From a virus: a stretch of 64,000 nt of DNA. This document shows positions 18,421-27,988 of this stretch, in pieces. Position numbers and translations under genes: made by a program. The number at the start of each line of letters is the position of its first letter. Position 1 is the stretch's first letter. Below the pieces are notes generated by a model. That model saw only the letters and a list, made by a program, of their open reading frames with translations, made no database searches and was not told the origin of the DNA. The stretch lies in IMG/VR virus record IMGVR_UViG_3300031555_005516. The stretch is one strand, 5' to 3'.

Positions 18421-19164
18421 ATGACGAATGTAATGGAGAGAGTGCAGAAGCATTATGAGCGCGCGGTAGAGCATTATGGTGCAGGCGCAGTTCTTGGCGT
18501 ATTTTGTTATGGCTCTTGGAATTATAACACAGCGCTTGAAAATTCGGATGTCGATACCAAGTGTATCCTTGTCCCTAATCTCTATTCTCTTGCTATTAAG
18601 CCATACGAGGTAAAGCATCTTCATATTGACGATGAGGTTTGCGAGTGTATGTCGATAATGCATATGGTTGCAAATTGGAAGAAGCAGAATATCAACTTTG
18701 TTGAAATTCTGTTTACCGACTATTGCATTATCAACCCTTTCTATCAAGAGGTTTGGTATGGTTATTTTTCTAAAGAGATGCGTGAAAGGATTGCGCGCTA
18801 TGATATTGCGGCAGCAGTTAAGTCGATGTCACATCAGGCGCTTCATACAATGCATCAAGACCCAACTGATCTTAAGAAACTTATGAATACTGCAAGAATT
18901 GCTAATACTCTTGCAAATCTTGTAACCAATAGAGATAGGTCCTATAAGGATATTATCTGGCAGAACGAAAATATTCGTGGTATTCGCACTCTTGAGACGC
19001 CTATTCCTCCTAACTTTATAAAAGATATGGAAATCTACTTTGAGTCGATGATTGAGCACGCCGATAGTTGGGGAACCACTCCGTGGGAAAAGCAGGCGCT
19101 TGACGAGTTTCTTGAAAGTTTCATTTTAGATATGATTAAATACAGAATGCAGTCACTTCAATGA
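18421..19164 (+). CDS. Pol-beta-superfamily nucleotidyltransferase (minimal NTase domain), immediately upstream of tRNA array
   Basis: GS...enSDVDT motif (CYGSWNYNTALENSDVDTKC) typical of nucleotidyltransferase fold. Confidence 0.5.
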   Translation: MTNVMERVQKHYERAVEHYGAGAVLGVFCYGSWNYNTALENSDVDTKCILVPNLYSLAIKPYEVKHLHIDDEVCECMSIMHMVANWKKQNINFVEILFTDYCIINPFYQEVWYGYFSKEMRERIARYDIAAAVKSMSHQALHTMHQDPTDLKKLMNTARIANTLANLVTNRDRSYKDIIWQNENIRGIRTLETPIPPNFIKDMEIYFESMIEHADSWGTTPWEKQALDEFLESFILDMIKYRMQSLQ

Positions 19165-19178
19165 TGACTGCTACATAT

Positions 19179-19253
19179 ACGGGATTAACTCAGCGGAAGA
19201 GTAATCGCCTTCTAAGCGATAAGCCAAAGGTTCGAATCCTTTATCCCGTGCCA
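19179..19253 (+). tRNA. tRNA-Arg(TCT)
   Basis: acceptor acgggat/atcccgt, anticodon stem atcgc/gcgat, loop cttctaa, T-arm aaagg-ttcgaat-ccttt, encoded CCA. Confidence 0.7.
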
Positions 19254-19342
19254 CAAGGACAACATGGGGAATGTAGTAAGCGTCTCGCCGCAAAAGGAGA
19301 CCAGATGACCGTGCTACCCGTTCGGCGGTTGGAAGTAAATAT

Positions 19343-19418
19343 GCGCCACTAGCTTAGGTGGTAAAGCAGCTGATTCTTAATCAGCAGACCCAAGGTTCGA
19401 GCCCTTGGTGGCGCACCA
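19343..19418 (+). tRNA. tRNA-Lys(CTT)
   Basis: acceptor gcgccac/gtggcgc, loop ttcttaa, T-arm caagg-ttcgagc-ccttg, CCA encoded. Confidence 0.75.
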
Positions 19419-19546
19419 AATGCGATATAAACCTCATCTCTATTCGGGTTTATATAAAGACTGAAAGAAGTGTTTAAACATAGAGATAAAAACACTAGCA
19501 AAGGACAACTCTATCAGAATCGCCTTAGATACCTTTGCATTTTTAT

Positions 19547-19621
19547 GCGGGATTAGTTTAATGGACAGAACGTGGCGCTACGGACGCCAAGACAAGGGTT
19601 CGATTCCTTTATCCCGTGCCA
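19547..19621 (+). tRNA. tRNA-Arg(ACG)
   Basis: acceptor gcgggat/atcccgt (G1.U72), anticodon stem tggcg/cgcca, loop ctacgga. Confidence 0.65.
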
Positions 19622-19714
19622 ATACACAACCGACGGACAAGGCTTAGGCGTATGAAACAGGACGGTGGGACGCGTGTGGTCGAGTTTGTGTTAATAAACA
19701 AAAGGAGAGAGGAA

Positions 19715-19873
19715 ATGAGTAATAAAAAGCCGCTTGAAGCAAAAGAGACTCAAGCTATGCGTAAAGAAAGAATGCGCAACTCGCCCTCTCTGCATACAAG
19801 AGTAATTGAAAGTAAGAAGAAACATAATCGCAAGCGTGAAAAGGCGCACGACTGTCGCTCTATGGAAGATTAG
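19715..19873 (+). CDS. small highly basic protein
   Basis: 52 aa from ATG 19715 after RBS aaaggagagagg; ends in TAG then continues 11 codons to TAA if TAG is read. Confidence 0.3.
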   Translation: MSNKKPLEAKETQAMRKERMRNSPSLHTRVIESKKKHNRKREKAHDCRSMED

Positions 19874-19952
19874 GGTAAAAATTTTTTCAAAAGTAATTAA
19901 AGTATTAAAAGAAATTTTAATATAATAATACCCACTCAGAAAGGAGAGGCTT

Positions 19953-20198
19953 ATGGGTTGGAAAAGAAGTAGAGACCAAAGAAGACGAGATAAACACTGT
20001 TATTCCCAAACCAAAACTTGGTATGGTAAAGGTGTTTACTATGATGAAGAAAAAGGTATTTATCGCAGATATCAAATGCCAGAGCGAGTTCGCTTTGTTA
20101 AGCGAAAATGTAATCGCGCTGTCCGTCGCTATAAAGGCGATTTAGGCAGCAAAGGAAGATATCGTAAAATTTCTGAGTTTTGGTGGGAGGTTTTATGA
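19953..20198 (+). CDS. small basic protein
   Basis: 81 aa, RBS aaaggagagg. Confidence 0.35.
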   Translation: MGWKRSRDQRRRDKHCYSQTKTWYGKGVYYDEEKGIYRRYQMPERVRFVKRKCNRAVRRYKGDLGSKGRYRKISEFWWEVL

Positions 20199-20205
20199 GA
20201 GATAT

Positions 20206-20280
20206 AGGGGATTGGTGTAACGGCTAGCATACGCGGCTCCAACCCGCTTGGTCTGGGTTCGAATCCTAGGTCCCCTGCCA
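20206..20280 (+). tRNA. tRNA-Trp(CCA)
   Basis: acceptor aggggat/gtcccct, loop ctccaac, T-arm ctggg-ttcgaat-cctag, CCA encoded. Confidence 0.65.
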
Positions 20281-20334
20281 AAAACATTTTAATCCATATC
20301 TTAAGGCATTTAAAAGTAATTTCTTGCGCAATTA

Positions 20335-20363
20335 TTGATTTTTATAAAAAAATATGATATAAT
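20335..20363 (+). promoter_or_regulatory. Class II promoter
   Basis: TTGATT 20335-20340, TATAAT 20358-20363. Confidence 0.65.
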
Positions 20364-20403
20364 ATATATATGTAATAATGAGAGAGGAAGAAAAGAAAAA
20401 AAA

Positions 20404-20622
20404 ATGAAAGCAAAAATAAGACTTGATACAATGCGTGATGTTCAAGAGTTTGTTAACATCACAACTAAGATGGAAGGCGCAGTTCATATCACCGATGGAG
20501 CGGGGCTTAAGGTTAATGCAAAATCATTGCTTGGCGCACTTTATGCAATGGAGTTTGATGAACTCTGGTGCGAAGCAGAGAATGATATTTATCGAAATAT
20601 AAGCGATTTTATTATCGTTTAA
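20404..20622 (+). CDS. hypothetical protein
   Basis: 73 aa from ATG 20404 after RBS gagaggaag. Confidence 0.35.
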   Translation: MKAKIRLDTMRDVQEFVNITTKMEGAVHITDGAGLKVNAKSLLGALYAMEFDELWCEAENDIYRNISDFIIV

Positions 20623-20632
20623 TCATTCTCTA

Positions 20633-20661
20633 TTGATTTTATTAAAAAAATATGATATAAT
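20633..20661 (+). promoter_or_regulatory. Class II promoter driving non-coding leader + tRNA cluster
   Basis: TTGATT 20633-20638, TATAAT 20656-20661; no ORF for ~370 nt downstream. Confidence 0.6.
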
Positions 20662-20667
20662 ATATAT

Positions 20668-21037
20668 ACAATAGAAAAGCAAAGAAGCAAAAAGTGAACG
20701 GAGTTGCGTAGTCCCGTGAAAGTCTGAAAGACAACTACGCTTGGTATAGTCGCAAGGACTGCATGAGGTCTGCGTGACATTGGGAGAATACTCAACTCCT
20801 ATGAAAAAATGAGCGTGGCTTCCTCGTGACGGAGCTGACGTTGTGGGTGTGAAAGAGAGAGAACCCTCCGCATAGGAGCTGCATTTACTTTTGTTCTCCA
20901 ACCTGCAAGCGAATTGCAAAAGTGGGTGAATAAAGGCGGGAAATACCTGTAAGCATCAGTAGACAACCGTTAGGAGTCTGAAAATGCTTGTGTACACACG
21001 CGGTGGGGATAACCGCGATACGAACCCCTTGGAATAT
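20668..21037 (+). ncRNA. GC-rich non-coding transcript upstream of tRNAs (candidate structured RNA)
   Basis: ~50% GC in a 35% GC genome, no ORF, promoter immediately upstream. Confidence 0.3.
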
Positions 21038-21111
21038 GGGACCTTAGCTCAGATGGTAGAGCAGTAGAATGGATAAGCTATGTGGCAACGGTTCGAGTCC
21101 GTTAAGTCCCT
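21038..21111 (+). tRNA. tRNA with canonical acceptor/D/T arms but aberrant anticodon arm (identity unresolved)
   Basis: gggacct-ta-gctcagatggtagagc...aacgg-ttcgagt-ccgtt-aagtccc; anticodon region gtagaatggataagctat gives only a 4-bp stem with an 8-10 nt loop. Confidence 0.45.
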
Positions 21112-21324
21112 CTTATGTATAGGTTCACGATAATCCTATATTAGTAAAATCGTTTAGATAAACCCGCCGTTGATGGAGTGACGGTGTAGGGTATTTAATG
21201 AAGATATGGCGCAACAAATTACCCGTTTGTGAGTTGCGAGGTGGCATAATCAAAGGGCGGTTAGGGAGTAATCCGAGAGAAAACACCACGCTACTTGATG
21301 AGCGTTAAATGCATCAAGGCATGC

Positions 21325-21401
21325 GGTGCCGTTGAGAAGTGGTTTAACTCCTAGGGTTTTCATCCCTATATTCGCAGGTTCGAATCCTGTCGGCATCACC
21401 A
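21325..21401 (+). tRNA. tRNA-Glu(TTC)
   Basis: acceptor ggtgccg/cggcatc, anticodon stem taggg/cccta, loop ttttcat, CCA encoded. Confidence 0.6.
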
Positions 21402-21451
21402 GAAACGCGGTCAGAGGTACAGCGCGTAATCGAAATTACTGTCCCTCATAT

Positions 21452-21526
21452 GGAGCTTTAGTTAAGTGGTTACAACGAGGCGTTCTCAGCGCTTAGGCGA
21501 AGGTTCAATTCCTTCAAGCTTCACCA
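21452..21526 (+). tRNA. tRNA-Glu(CTC) (tentative)
   Basis: acceptor ggagctt/aagcttc, anticodon stem aggcg/cgctt, loop ttctcag, T-arm gaagg-ttcaatt-ccttc. Confidence 0.5.
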
Positions 21527-21850
21527 TATTAATGCCGCCCATCAACTAATAAGAGCGCCGATGGGGAAGAGTTAATCTCTTAAGGTCGCGCCACTCCTGT
21601 CCGAGTGGGAGTATAAATAAAAATCAGGCGTACAGTGCCAACTTGGCTGTACTTAATGGGAAGTTGGGATAAGGTTCCGAGGGTACTGTAAACTCTCACT
21701 TTATATCGCGGATGGGCATAGTGCTCACCAGAGCCTCATAAGCTCAGGGTGATCGGGGCAGTACCGATATCCGCACCCATAAATCCAAGAGAGGCGGCGA
21801 TGGGTAACTGCCGGCTTGGCTGTAGCATGCACTGGCGCCTCATTTTATAT

Positions 21851-21940
21851 GCAAGATTGGCGGAATAGGTTATACGCGCCTGTTATAGGGACGGGTTATA
21901 TACTCCATTAATGCTGGTTCGATTCCAGCATCTTGCTCCA
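21851..21940 (+). tRNA. tRNA-Leu(TAG), type II (long variable arm)
   Basis: acceptor gcaagat/atcttgc perfect, D-arm gcggaataggttatacgc resembles Leu tRNAs, loop tataggg, T-arm gctgg-ttcgatt-ccagc, 90 nt. Confidence 0.55.
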
Positions 21941-22017
21941 GTCCTCAGAGAACAAATGTCGAGGTTAAAATAGATGTGTGGTTGACTGACCTAAAGTTAT
22001 TTTATATGGGCGATTAA

Positions 22018-22106
22018 ACCGTTAAGATAGGCGGGTTAGACTGTAAATCTAGCGTCATTGTGACTCGAGTGGGTTTGATTCCCTCATCGCCCACCAATGA
22101 AATTTT
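22018..22106 (+). tRNA. tRNA-Tyr(GTA), type II
   Basis: acceptor gggcgat/atcgccc perfect, anticodon stem ttaga/tctag, loop ctgtaaa, long variable arm, CCA encoded. Confidence 0.6.
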
Positions 22107-22128
22107 AATCAATTACTATGAAACTTCT

Positions 22129-22157
22129 TTGATTTTTACAAAAATTTATGATATAAT
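22129..22157 (+). promoter_or_regulatory. Class II promoter
   Basis: TTGATT 22129-22134, TATAAT 22152-22157. Confidence 0.65.
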
Positions 22158-22192
22158 ATATATGTAAGATGAAAGAGAGGAAAAAAGAAAAA

Positions 22193-22537
22193 ATGAGTGT
22201 TGATTATGAGTCAGTTTTAATTTATGGATATAAAATATCTAAAAGTGAAATTAAGCGCCTTGAGGAAGAAACAGGTAAGTTCATAGAAGAGTTCTGCGAT
22301 AAGTACGATGGAACTGACAAGTACTCATTTATCACAGATAATGCCTATGGCAACTATGGTGATTACTATTTTGGAGTCACTCTTGGTCGAGAAATTGATC
22401 TTGACTCAATAGACGCTATCTGTTGGTTTGAATATGAAACAGATGCTATTGATAAAGAATTTGAAAATGCTTTTGGAGATATGTCTTTTGCAGATACTCA
22501 TCATCCAATGATGTATCATTTTGTTCGCGTCTGTTAA
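22193..22537 (+). CDS. hypothetical protein embedded in tRNA array
   Basis: 114 aa from ATG 22193 after RBS gagaggaaaaaag. Confidence 0.4.
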   Translation: MSVDYESVLIYGYKISKSEIKRLEEETGKFIEEFCDKYDGTDKYSFITDNAYGNYGDYYFGVTLGREIDLDSIDAICWFEYETDAIDKEFENAFGDMSFADTHHPMMYHFVRVC

Positions 22538-22556
22538 GGCGCAAAAGCCTCACTAT

Positions 22557-22644
22557 GAGGCGACACGGGGGAGTGGCGGAATTGGCGAGACGCCCGCGAC
22601 TTAAAATCGCGTACATTAGAAACGCTGTGAGTTCGAATCTCATC
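22557..22644 (+). tRNA. tRNA-Leu(TAA), type II
   Basis: acceptor gggggag/ctccccc perfect, anticodon stem cgcga/tcgcg, loop cttaaaa, A73, CCA encoded. Confidence 0.65.
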
Positions 22645-22973
22645 TCCCCCACCAGTCCCTTAAAGGGATCGATATCATACTCACCGATGAAAGCCAGATT
22701 CGGTATATAAATTAGTGGCGCTTCAAGTGGAAGGTTGTGTGTAAACCGATTAAGAAGAGAAAACGCAAGTGGAACACACAATACATAAGGTATGGGAATA
22801 AAGCGGCCCCACTAAGTAAGAGCAGCTTAGAGCGAATGCCTTAACAGGAGAAGGACAACTCCCCAAAAGCGCCCAACATTACGCAGAGGGAAAAACCCAA
22901 CAACTGGCTCACTGACGGGTTGTAAAACACAGTGACAAGATAAGGGCGTATGTTGGCGCAGCTTATCACTTAT

Positions 22974-23066
22974 AGTGGGGTAAGCCTAATTGGTAAGGCA
23001 GTAGGTTGCTAACCTACCAGTAATCGAGTAATCGGTGTGTGAGTTCAAGTCTCACCCTCGCTGCCA
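22974..23066 (+). tRNA. tRNA-Ser(GCT), type II
   Basis: acceptor agtgggg/cctcgct (2 G.U), anticodon stem gtagg/cctac, loop ttgctaa, long variable arm, G73. Confidence 0.6.
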
Positions 23067-23587
23067 GCTGTCGTTAATGCGGCGACATAAAAGGTGAAAC
23101 TCCCTAAGTTGGAAGCGTATTGGTGGACCATCCACAATCAGAAGTAGCGTTTGTCGATAGCGAATAGTCGAATCGTTGCAGTCTTTACAAGGCGCCATAT
23201 GGGACTGCGCAGAGTACGATAACCTCTGCTTTATATGGAGGGTTAATTGCGACGGCTCGCAACACCGTCTTGAAAACGGTTGGTACGGCTAGTACCCGTA
23301 TGGGGATCGACACCTCAGCTCTCCGCCAGAGGCTGGCACGCCGCCATAATTTGGATTGCCCAAAGATGCGTGCATCTATATAGAAACACCTGTAAGCAAT
23401 AAGCAGGTCTGGACGCAGATAAAAAGTAAAACGGTTAAGCGTAAGTCGACAACGCGGAAAAGTGGAATAGAGGCAACGCCGATCCACTTAAAGTTTCTAT
23501 TTTCGTTGGAGTAATCCAACTCTTGGTAGAGCAAATGGAACCATAAGGAAAAGCAATACGCGGCTGGCAACTTACTGCCACTTATAT

Positions 23588-23666
23588 AGGAGAGTAGCAC
23601 AGATGGTTAGCGCACAGTCCTGATAAGACTGAGGTCGGTTGAGTTCGAGTCTCCCCTCTCCTACCA
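23588..23666 (+). tRNA. tRNA-Ile(GAT)
   Basis: acceptor aggagag/ctctcct, anticodon stem cagtc/gactg, loop ctgataa, CCA encoded; T-stem partially mismatched. Confidence 0.5.
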
Positions 23667-23687
23667 AAATTTCAAAAGAAAAGAGAA

Positions 23688-23760
23688 ATAGTGGTTCGAA
23701 TCCATTCCTGTCTCCTAACCGGGGATGGGTAGTTTAAGTGGTTAAAACACTCATCGCGAG
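23688..23760 (+). ncRNA. orphan tRNA 3'-half-like (T-arm agtgg-ttcgaat-ccatt + acceptor) followed by tRNA 5'-half-like segment (ggggatgggtagtttaagtggttaaaac)
   Basis: 3' half has no upstream partner; ggggatg can pair with the upstream cattcct, suggesting a permuted, split or degenerate tRNA. Confidence 0.25.
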
Positions 23761-24030
23761 CTTTTGAAATTTGTTACAAGGAGTCATGACCTTGTCGTAA
23801 CATTGGTTAGCTATCCTAATGGTAAACCATGAGCGCGAAAATGCTCTAAAAACGATAGCAAGGGCAACCTATTGTCCGACCCCTGCCGATTATCAGCATA
23901 AGCGCAGTGCACGGCGCAAATAGGAGGATTGTCAGTTGTCTTATCTAACTATCTAAACTGAATAGTCAAGGGATACGAAGATCCCTCCCCGTAGCTGTTC
24001 GCGGGAGGTAACGAAGAGAGCAGCATCTAT

Positions 24031-24108
24031 GGGGGACTAGCTCCAATTGGCTAGAGCACGACACCTGCAATGTCGGGGTTATGAGTTCGAATCTCATGTC
24101 CTCCACCA
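24031..24108 (+). tRNA. tRNA-Ala(TGC)
   Basis: acceptor gggggac/gtcctcc with G3.U70 (Ala identity element), anticodon stem cgaca/tgtcg, loop cctgcaa, CCA encoded. Confidence 0.65.
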
Positions 24109-24112
24109 TTAT

Positions 24113-24188
24113 GCGTCTTTAACTCAGTTGGTAGAGTGCCATCCTTACAAGTTGGAAGTCGGCGGTTCGAGTCCGTCAAAACGCACCA
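24113..24188 (+). tRNA. tRNA-Val(TAC)
   Basis: D-arm actcagttggtagagt, loop cttacaa, T-arm ggcgg-ttcgagt-ccgtc, CCA encoded. Confidence 0.6.
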
Positions 24189-24363
24189 GTGCGTTGTCAC
24201 GCACGAGTATATTTTTACCTTTTTGCGAAAGCGGTCTTAGAAGGGCTCGTTTCACCCCATCGTTTTGGTTCAACTCCAAAATAAGCAAAAAGGGTTTGCG
24301 AATATGGTACATTGATAGTATGTGACCTTTCTTAGGTTGAGAGGTGGGTTCGATTTCCCACCT

Positions 24364-24392
24364 TTCTCCCATAATTGATTTTTAATAAAAAT
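24364..24392 (+). promoter_or_regulatory. Class II promoter inside tRNA array
   Basis: TTGATT 24364-24369, TATAAT 24387-24392. Confidence 0.6.
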
Positions 24393-24572
24393 TTTGTTAT
24401 AATATATATATACAAAATGAGAAAAGAAAAAACAAATACATATTGGTGACTGGATTTAGCGGTAAGACCTGTTCAGATAAACGCGTATCAACAGGCGCAA
24501 GTTAATCAGTCTTAAATCAGGAAACTTTCCTTTGGGCGTGCATTGCCCGCTCTGAGCCAGTCCTTTCTATAT

Positions 24573-24652
24573 AGTCTCGTAGCTCAGTCTTTGGCTAGAG
24601 CGCTAGTCTGTCACACTAGAGGTCGCGGGTTCGAGCCCCGTCGGGACTGCCA
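24573..24652 (+). tRNA. tRNA-Asp(GTC)
   Basis: acceptor agtctcg/cgggact, anticodon stem ctagt/actag, loop ctgtcac, T-arm gcggg-ttcgagc-cccgt, CCA encoded. Confidence 0.6.
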
Positions 24653-25342
24653 GAGGTGCCAATGCCTAATCATTGGTCAGGAGGCTAACCTGTGCGGTAA
24701 TACGCAGAGCGTCCGGGGTCCCGCATCCGTGAGCAACGGGGGAAAGATAATAGGTGCCACGATGCCGATAACAATTTGGGAGTGAATATTACTTGATGTA
24801 ATTAGCTCATTCTTAAAATCCTAGGTCTGAATGAGATACAGCTCTGTGAGGCAATAAAATGCAGTGGTAAATGGAGTTTGATGAACAGCCTATTCCACCC
24901 AGCTCTAAGGGTGAGTACTCGAGGTCTGGAGCAACGAGTAAATAAACAAAGTCTCCAGAGTCGTTTTGCGGTGTCGGAGAAAACCGCCATAGAGCGCAGG
25001 CTTTGAAGGTCATGAGGGATTAGAGCAATTGCCCCACTGGTAAGGAAGAGGAATGGAAATGCGCGGAAGTTCGAACACCTTCAAATCTACTAAGACCTCT
25101 GGAGGGGATGTTCCTCTCACATCAACAGAGCGAGTAGAGAGCGAAGTCGCAAACGCTATATAAGAAGACGAGTAATAGTGTTGAGTCTCAAGACACAGGC
25201 AGCGGTGGGCCAAATATCCGCTGGAGTTTCGCTTCCAAGATGAAATGCGAGATTTATGATGTGGCTTAGTAGTAGCGTAGGTTTATCCGACAAAGCTATG
25301 AAAGGCGCGGGCCCAGCTTCCCGTATCCAAGAGCTGGAATTT

Positions 25343-25418
25343 CGGGGTGTAGCCTAGTTGGTTAGGCGCTTGCTTTGGGAGCAAGATCACGCGGGTTCGA
25401 GTCCTGTCACTCCGTCCA
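25343..25418 (+). tRNA. tRNA-Pro(TGG)
   Basis: D-arm gcctagttggttaggc, anticodon stem cttgc/gcaag, loop tttggga, CCA encoded. Confidence 0.65.
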
Positions 25419-25737
25419 ATAACTGTGCCTAAAAGATTCTTAGGGCAACGATTGGCGCCAATCCTTCTCCCAGTAGTTGGATAATTAGCGCATTAGATAC
25501 CTCCTATATAGAGTTCGGAGAGTGTTTCTCTTGCTGGGTATAAAAACTCTCCTCCTCTCTTTCTACATATGATTCTTTAGCCAAGTTCAGTTAAGGCAGC
25601 AGGCTGCAACCCTGTGATCGTTGGAGCGAAGCCAACAAGAATCTCCATTGTTTTACCGTAGCAAAGAAAAACGGTATGCAGAGACTTTCATCTAACCACC
25701 ATTAGATGAAAGCAACCTCCAAGTTAAAGAAAAATCA

Positions 25738-25766
25738 TTGATTTTTTTAAAAAATTATGATATAAT
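25738..25766 (+). promoter_or_regulatory. Class II promoter
   Basis: TTGATT 25738-25743, TATAAT 25761-25766; followed by 37-codon ORF 25801..25914. Confidence 0.55.
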
Positions 25767-25940
25767 ATATTTGTTAAGATAAAGAAAGGAAATAAAAGAA
25801 ATGAGAACAATTGAAAGCCTTCAGGCAAGAATAGAATTGCTTAAAAGCCGCAAACGCGAAAATGGTAGAATTATCCGTAAGTTAGAGCGGCAGATTAGAT
25901 CACTTCAAAAGTAATAATCGTGCTGCTACCACTTCGACAT

Positions 25941-26027
25941 GAGCGTGTAGTACAGCGGCGAGTACAAGGGACTTTTAATCCCTCGACATTATGTCCATCG
26001 CGGGTTCGATTCCCGCCACGCTCACCA
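25941..26027 (+). tRNA. type II (long-variable-arm) tRNA with anticodon TTT (Lys codon AAA) - unusual combination
   Basis: acceptor gagcgtg/cacgctc perfect, anticodon stem aggga/tccct perfect, loop cttttaa, variable arm cgacattatgtccatc, T-arm gcggg-ttcgatt-cccgc, A73, CCA. Confidence 0.5.
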
Positions 26028-26056
26028 AAAATAAAAAGGTAGCGTAAGGATAATTT

Positions 26057-26085
26057 GTTGAAAAAATAAAAAATTTATGATATAA
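26057..26085 (+). promoter_or_regulatory. Class II-like promoter (TTGAAA -35)
   Basis: TTGAAA 26057-26062, TATAAT 26080-26085. Confidence 0.5.
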
Positions 26086-26274
26086 TAAATATGTAAAATA
26101 AAGGCGATGCAATATAAACTCCTGACCCGAGTTTCCATCAACAAATTCTCGATCCAAAATTGCTCGAAAGAGGTCGCTAATCGTGGTTGAAATAGAGGAT
26201 TGGTGGACAAGTGGACACATGCGGCTTTGACCCGCACGAAGAAGGGGCGGTACCTTCATCCTCTGCCAAGATAT

Positions 26275-26351
26275 TCTCGGTTAGCTCAGTTGGTAGTAGC
26301 ACAAAGCTGTTAACTTTGGGGTCTGAGGTTCAAGCCCTCAACCGAGAGCCA
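26275..26351 (+). tRNA. tRNA-Asn(GTT)
   Basis: acceptor tctcggt/accgaga perfect, anticodon stem caaag/ctttg, loop ctgttaa, T-arm tgagg-ttcaagc-cctca, CCA encoded. Confidence 0.7.
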
Positions 26352-26567
26352 ACAGTCAGTTTAATCTGGCAACCGCGAAGACATGGATTAGCACTAAACT
26401 ACCACCGACTCAGACCAAGGTGCGGCTTACCGCGATATGGTAACGAGGTATGTGGCTTGTGGCAAAGCGGGATAAAAATTGGCAAAGTAAGTGCTTATGA
26501 GACTTTCTCATAGTTTTCCTCCCTTTCATAACAGCTTGGGTTGTGCTGCAAACAACCTTCTAAAAAT

Positions 26568-26645
26568 GTCAGTCTAGCCCAATTGGTAGAGGCACTAGTC
26601 TTAGGAACTAGCAAGTGATGGGTCCGAATCCCTCGATTGACACCA
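26568..26645 (+). tRNA. type I tRNA with anticodon TAG (reads CUA; Leu-like anticodon on a short-variable-arm body)
   Basis: acceptor gtcagtc/gattgac, anticodon stem ctagt/actag perfect, loop cttagga; T-stem imperfect, T-loop tccgaat. Confidence 0.4.
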
Positions 26646-26649
26646 TGGA

Positions 26650-27280
26650 GCTACTTCCAAGCCGTAAGGTGAATGTAGATGACTTCTGGAGTATTCAGGA
26701 TCATAAGAGTACTAACCACGAGCCAACCTCGCAGCACGAGCACGAAAGCGTTGGTGACTATACGGTATCAATAGGCGAATCCGTACGCGCGACGAGGCAT
26801 GATGCGAAAAATCAAAAAGGTGGCAGCTTGCTCGAAACGATTATTGGAACTTGGACATAAATTAATTCGATATTGATGTGGAACGGTACTGCCAAAAACC
26901 AATCTGATCCAAGCGGAAACCGAAAGGTTGAAACATTAATATTCGATATAAGTAAATAACCTTGATTTCATTGAGTATTTTGAGGTGATTACTACTGAGA
27001 AAATCAGAGTAGGCTTGAGAGAGCGCTCACGAAAATGTAATTGAAATCAAATGTCGAGAAAATCGTGGATTTCGTCCACTCGAAAAGTAGTTTAGCGACG
27101 AAAAGTAGAGTGCGATTGGCGCCTAGGATGTGGTGTGGTTCTGGTAGACCTCTTAACGAATGTCTAAGCCAGATGTAGATTGAAAGATGAAACGGTTATC
27201 TACTCGAATTGTGGAAGGTAGCAAATACCCGATGCCCAAAAGAAGAAGATATGCGGTTGGCTGACCTAAGGCTTCACCTC
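26650..27280 (+). ncRNA. ~630 nt GC-rich non-coding region within tRNA array (candidate large structured RNA)
   Basis: no convincing ORF (track ORF 26615..26860 overlaps the tRNA and looks spurious); GC content much higher than the genome. Confidence 0.25.
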
Positions 27281-27282
27281 CC

Positions 27283-27367
27283 TATTTAATATGCACCTGT
27301 CGCATAGTGGCCGATTGCACTCGCCTTGTAAGCGAGAGACCATGTCCGCGTTGGTTCGAATCCAACC
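27283..27367 (+). tRNA. type II tRNA with anticodon TGT (Thr codon ACA) - unusual combination
   Basis: acceptor gcacctg/caggtgc perfect, anticodon stem ctcgc/gcgag perfect, loop cttgtaa, variable arm agaccatgtccgc, T-arm gttgg-ttcgaat-ccaac, CCA encoded. Confidence 0.5.
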
Positions 27368-27384
27368 AGGTGCTCCATGGCGTC

Positions 27385-27988
27385 AAGAAGAAAACCTGCA
27401 CGCGGTGACGCTGCACGCTCTTACCCAGTGGCTAATTTCTTCAAAAGGCAGCGCACGCCTGTGAGTCGGTTTTTACTGCGAAAGTGTTGCGGGGAGCATA
27501 CCTTATTAAACCCCTGTGGCTGGGATATAAGCTCGGAAAAATAGACACTTCCTCCCCGAGGAGACCGTTAGTGTCACTAACAGACAGCGTTGGGAATTCT
27601 GTCTGTTCTCCCATTTACTTGATAAGCAGAACTGTGCAAAGGTAGCGCCTTTAGGAATGACCAATGGGCCGAAGACAGGTGGTCACTGCGCAAATATCAA
27701 GTAATTTATAACAACGCTTAAGAGAGCCTCTGCCCCAAACACAGCGCTCCGTCAAGAGAATCCGTTTGGCACGGTCTTGCAAAAGATAGTACTCGGTAGG
27801 GTTGGGAAAAGCGTGGATACAATTAACTACTCCACGGGAAAATTCAATTGACAATCTTAAGCACAATCTGCGCTATTGGTGTAAAGGAAACATTGGAGTC
27901 TTCCAAACTCCCGTTGCGGTGTCAGGATCCGCATAGCGCTCCATGCCCTTGTTATTCGGGCACATTTTTCTACCCTTCCTTTCTTTAT
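27385..27988 (+). ncRNA. ~600 nt GC-rich non-coding region ending at a strong terminator (candidate structured RNA)
   Basis: no ORF; hairpin-rich; terminates at 27989-28025. Confidence 0.25.

Noticed and set aside
19161-19352. ORF 19161..19352 and ORF 19616..19873 N-terminal part
   Set aside because: These frames run across tRNA-Arg(TCT), tRNA-Lys(CTT) and tRNA-Arg(ACG). The real small gene starts at ATG 19715 after an RBS.
21700-21770. Met-CAT-like tRNA-like element (gcggatg...ctcataa...tatccgc)
   Set aside because: The acceptor pairs and a CAT loop are present, but the D and T arms are non-canonical (T-loop GGCAGTA) and the length is only ~68 nt. I left it as a possible pseudo-tRNA rather than a feature.
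24255-24300. T-arm-like hairpin tttgg-ttcaact-ccaaa and the extended hairpin at 24320-24355
   Set aside because: No matching acceptor stem could be found on either strand. These are more likely terminator or processing hairpins between tRNAs.
25585-25650. Cys-GCA-like tRNA-like element (loop ctgcaac)
   Set aside because: It has only a 4-bp anticodon stem and no canonical T-loop or acceptor pairing.
22446-26513. Track ORFs inside the tRNA array (22446..22781, 23185..23600, 24047..24372, 24543..25213, 25975..26259, 26211..26513, 26615..26860, 27651..28036)
   Set aside because: They overlap well-formed tRNAs or the GC-rich spacers, lack RBS and promoter context, and have Arg/Ser/Cys-rich translations typical of GC-rich non-coding DNA.
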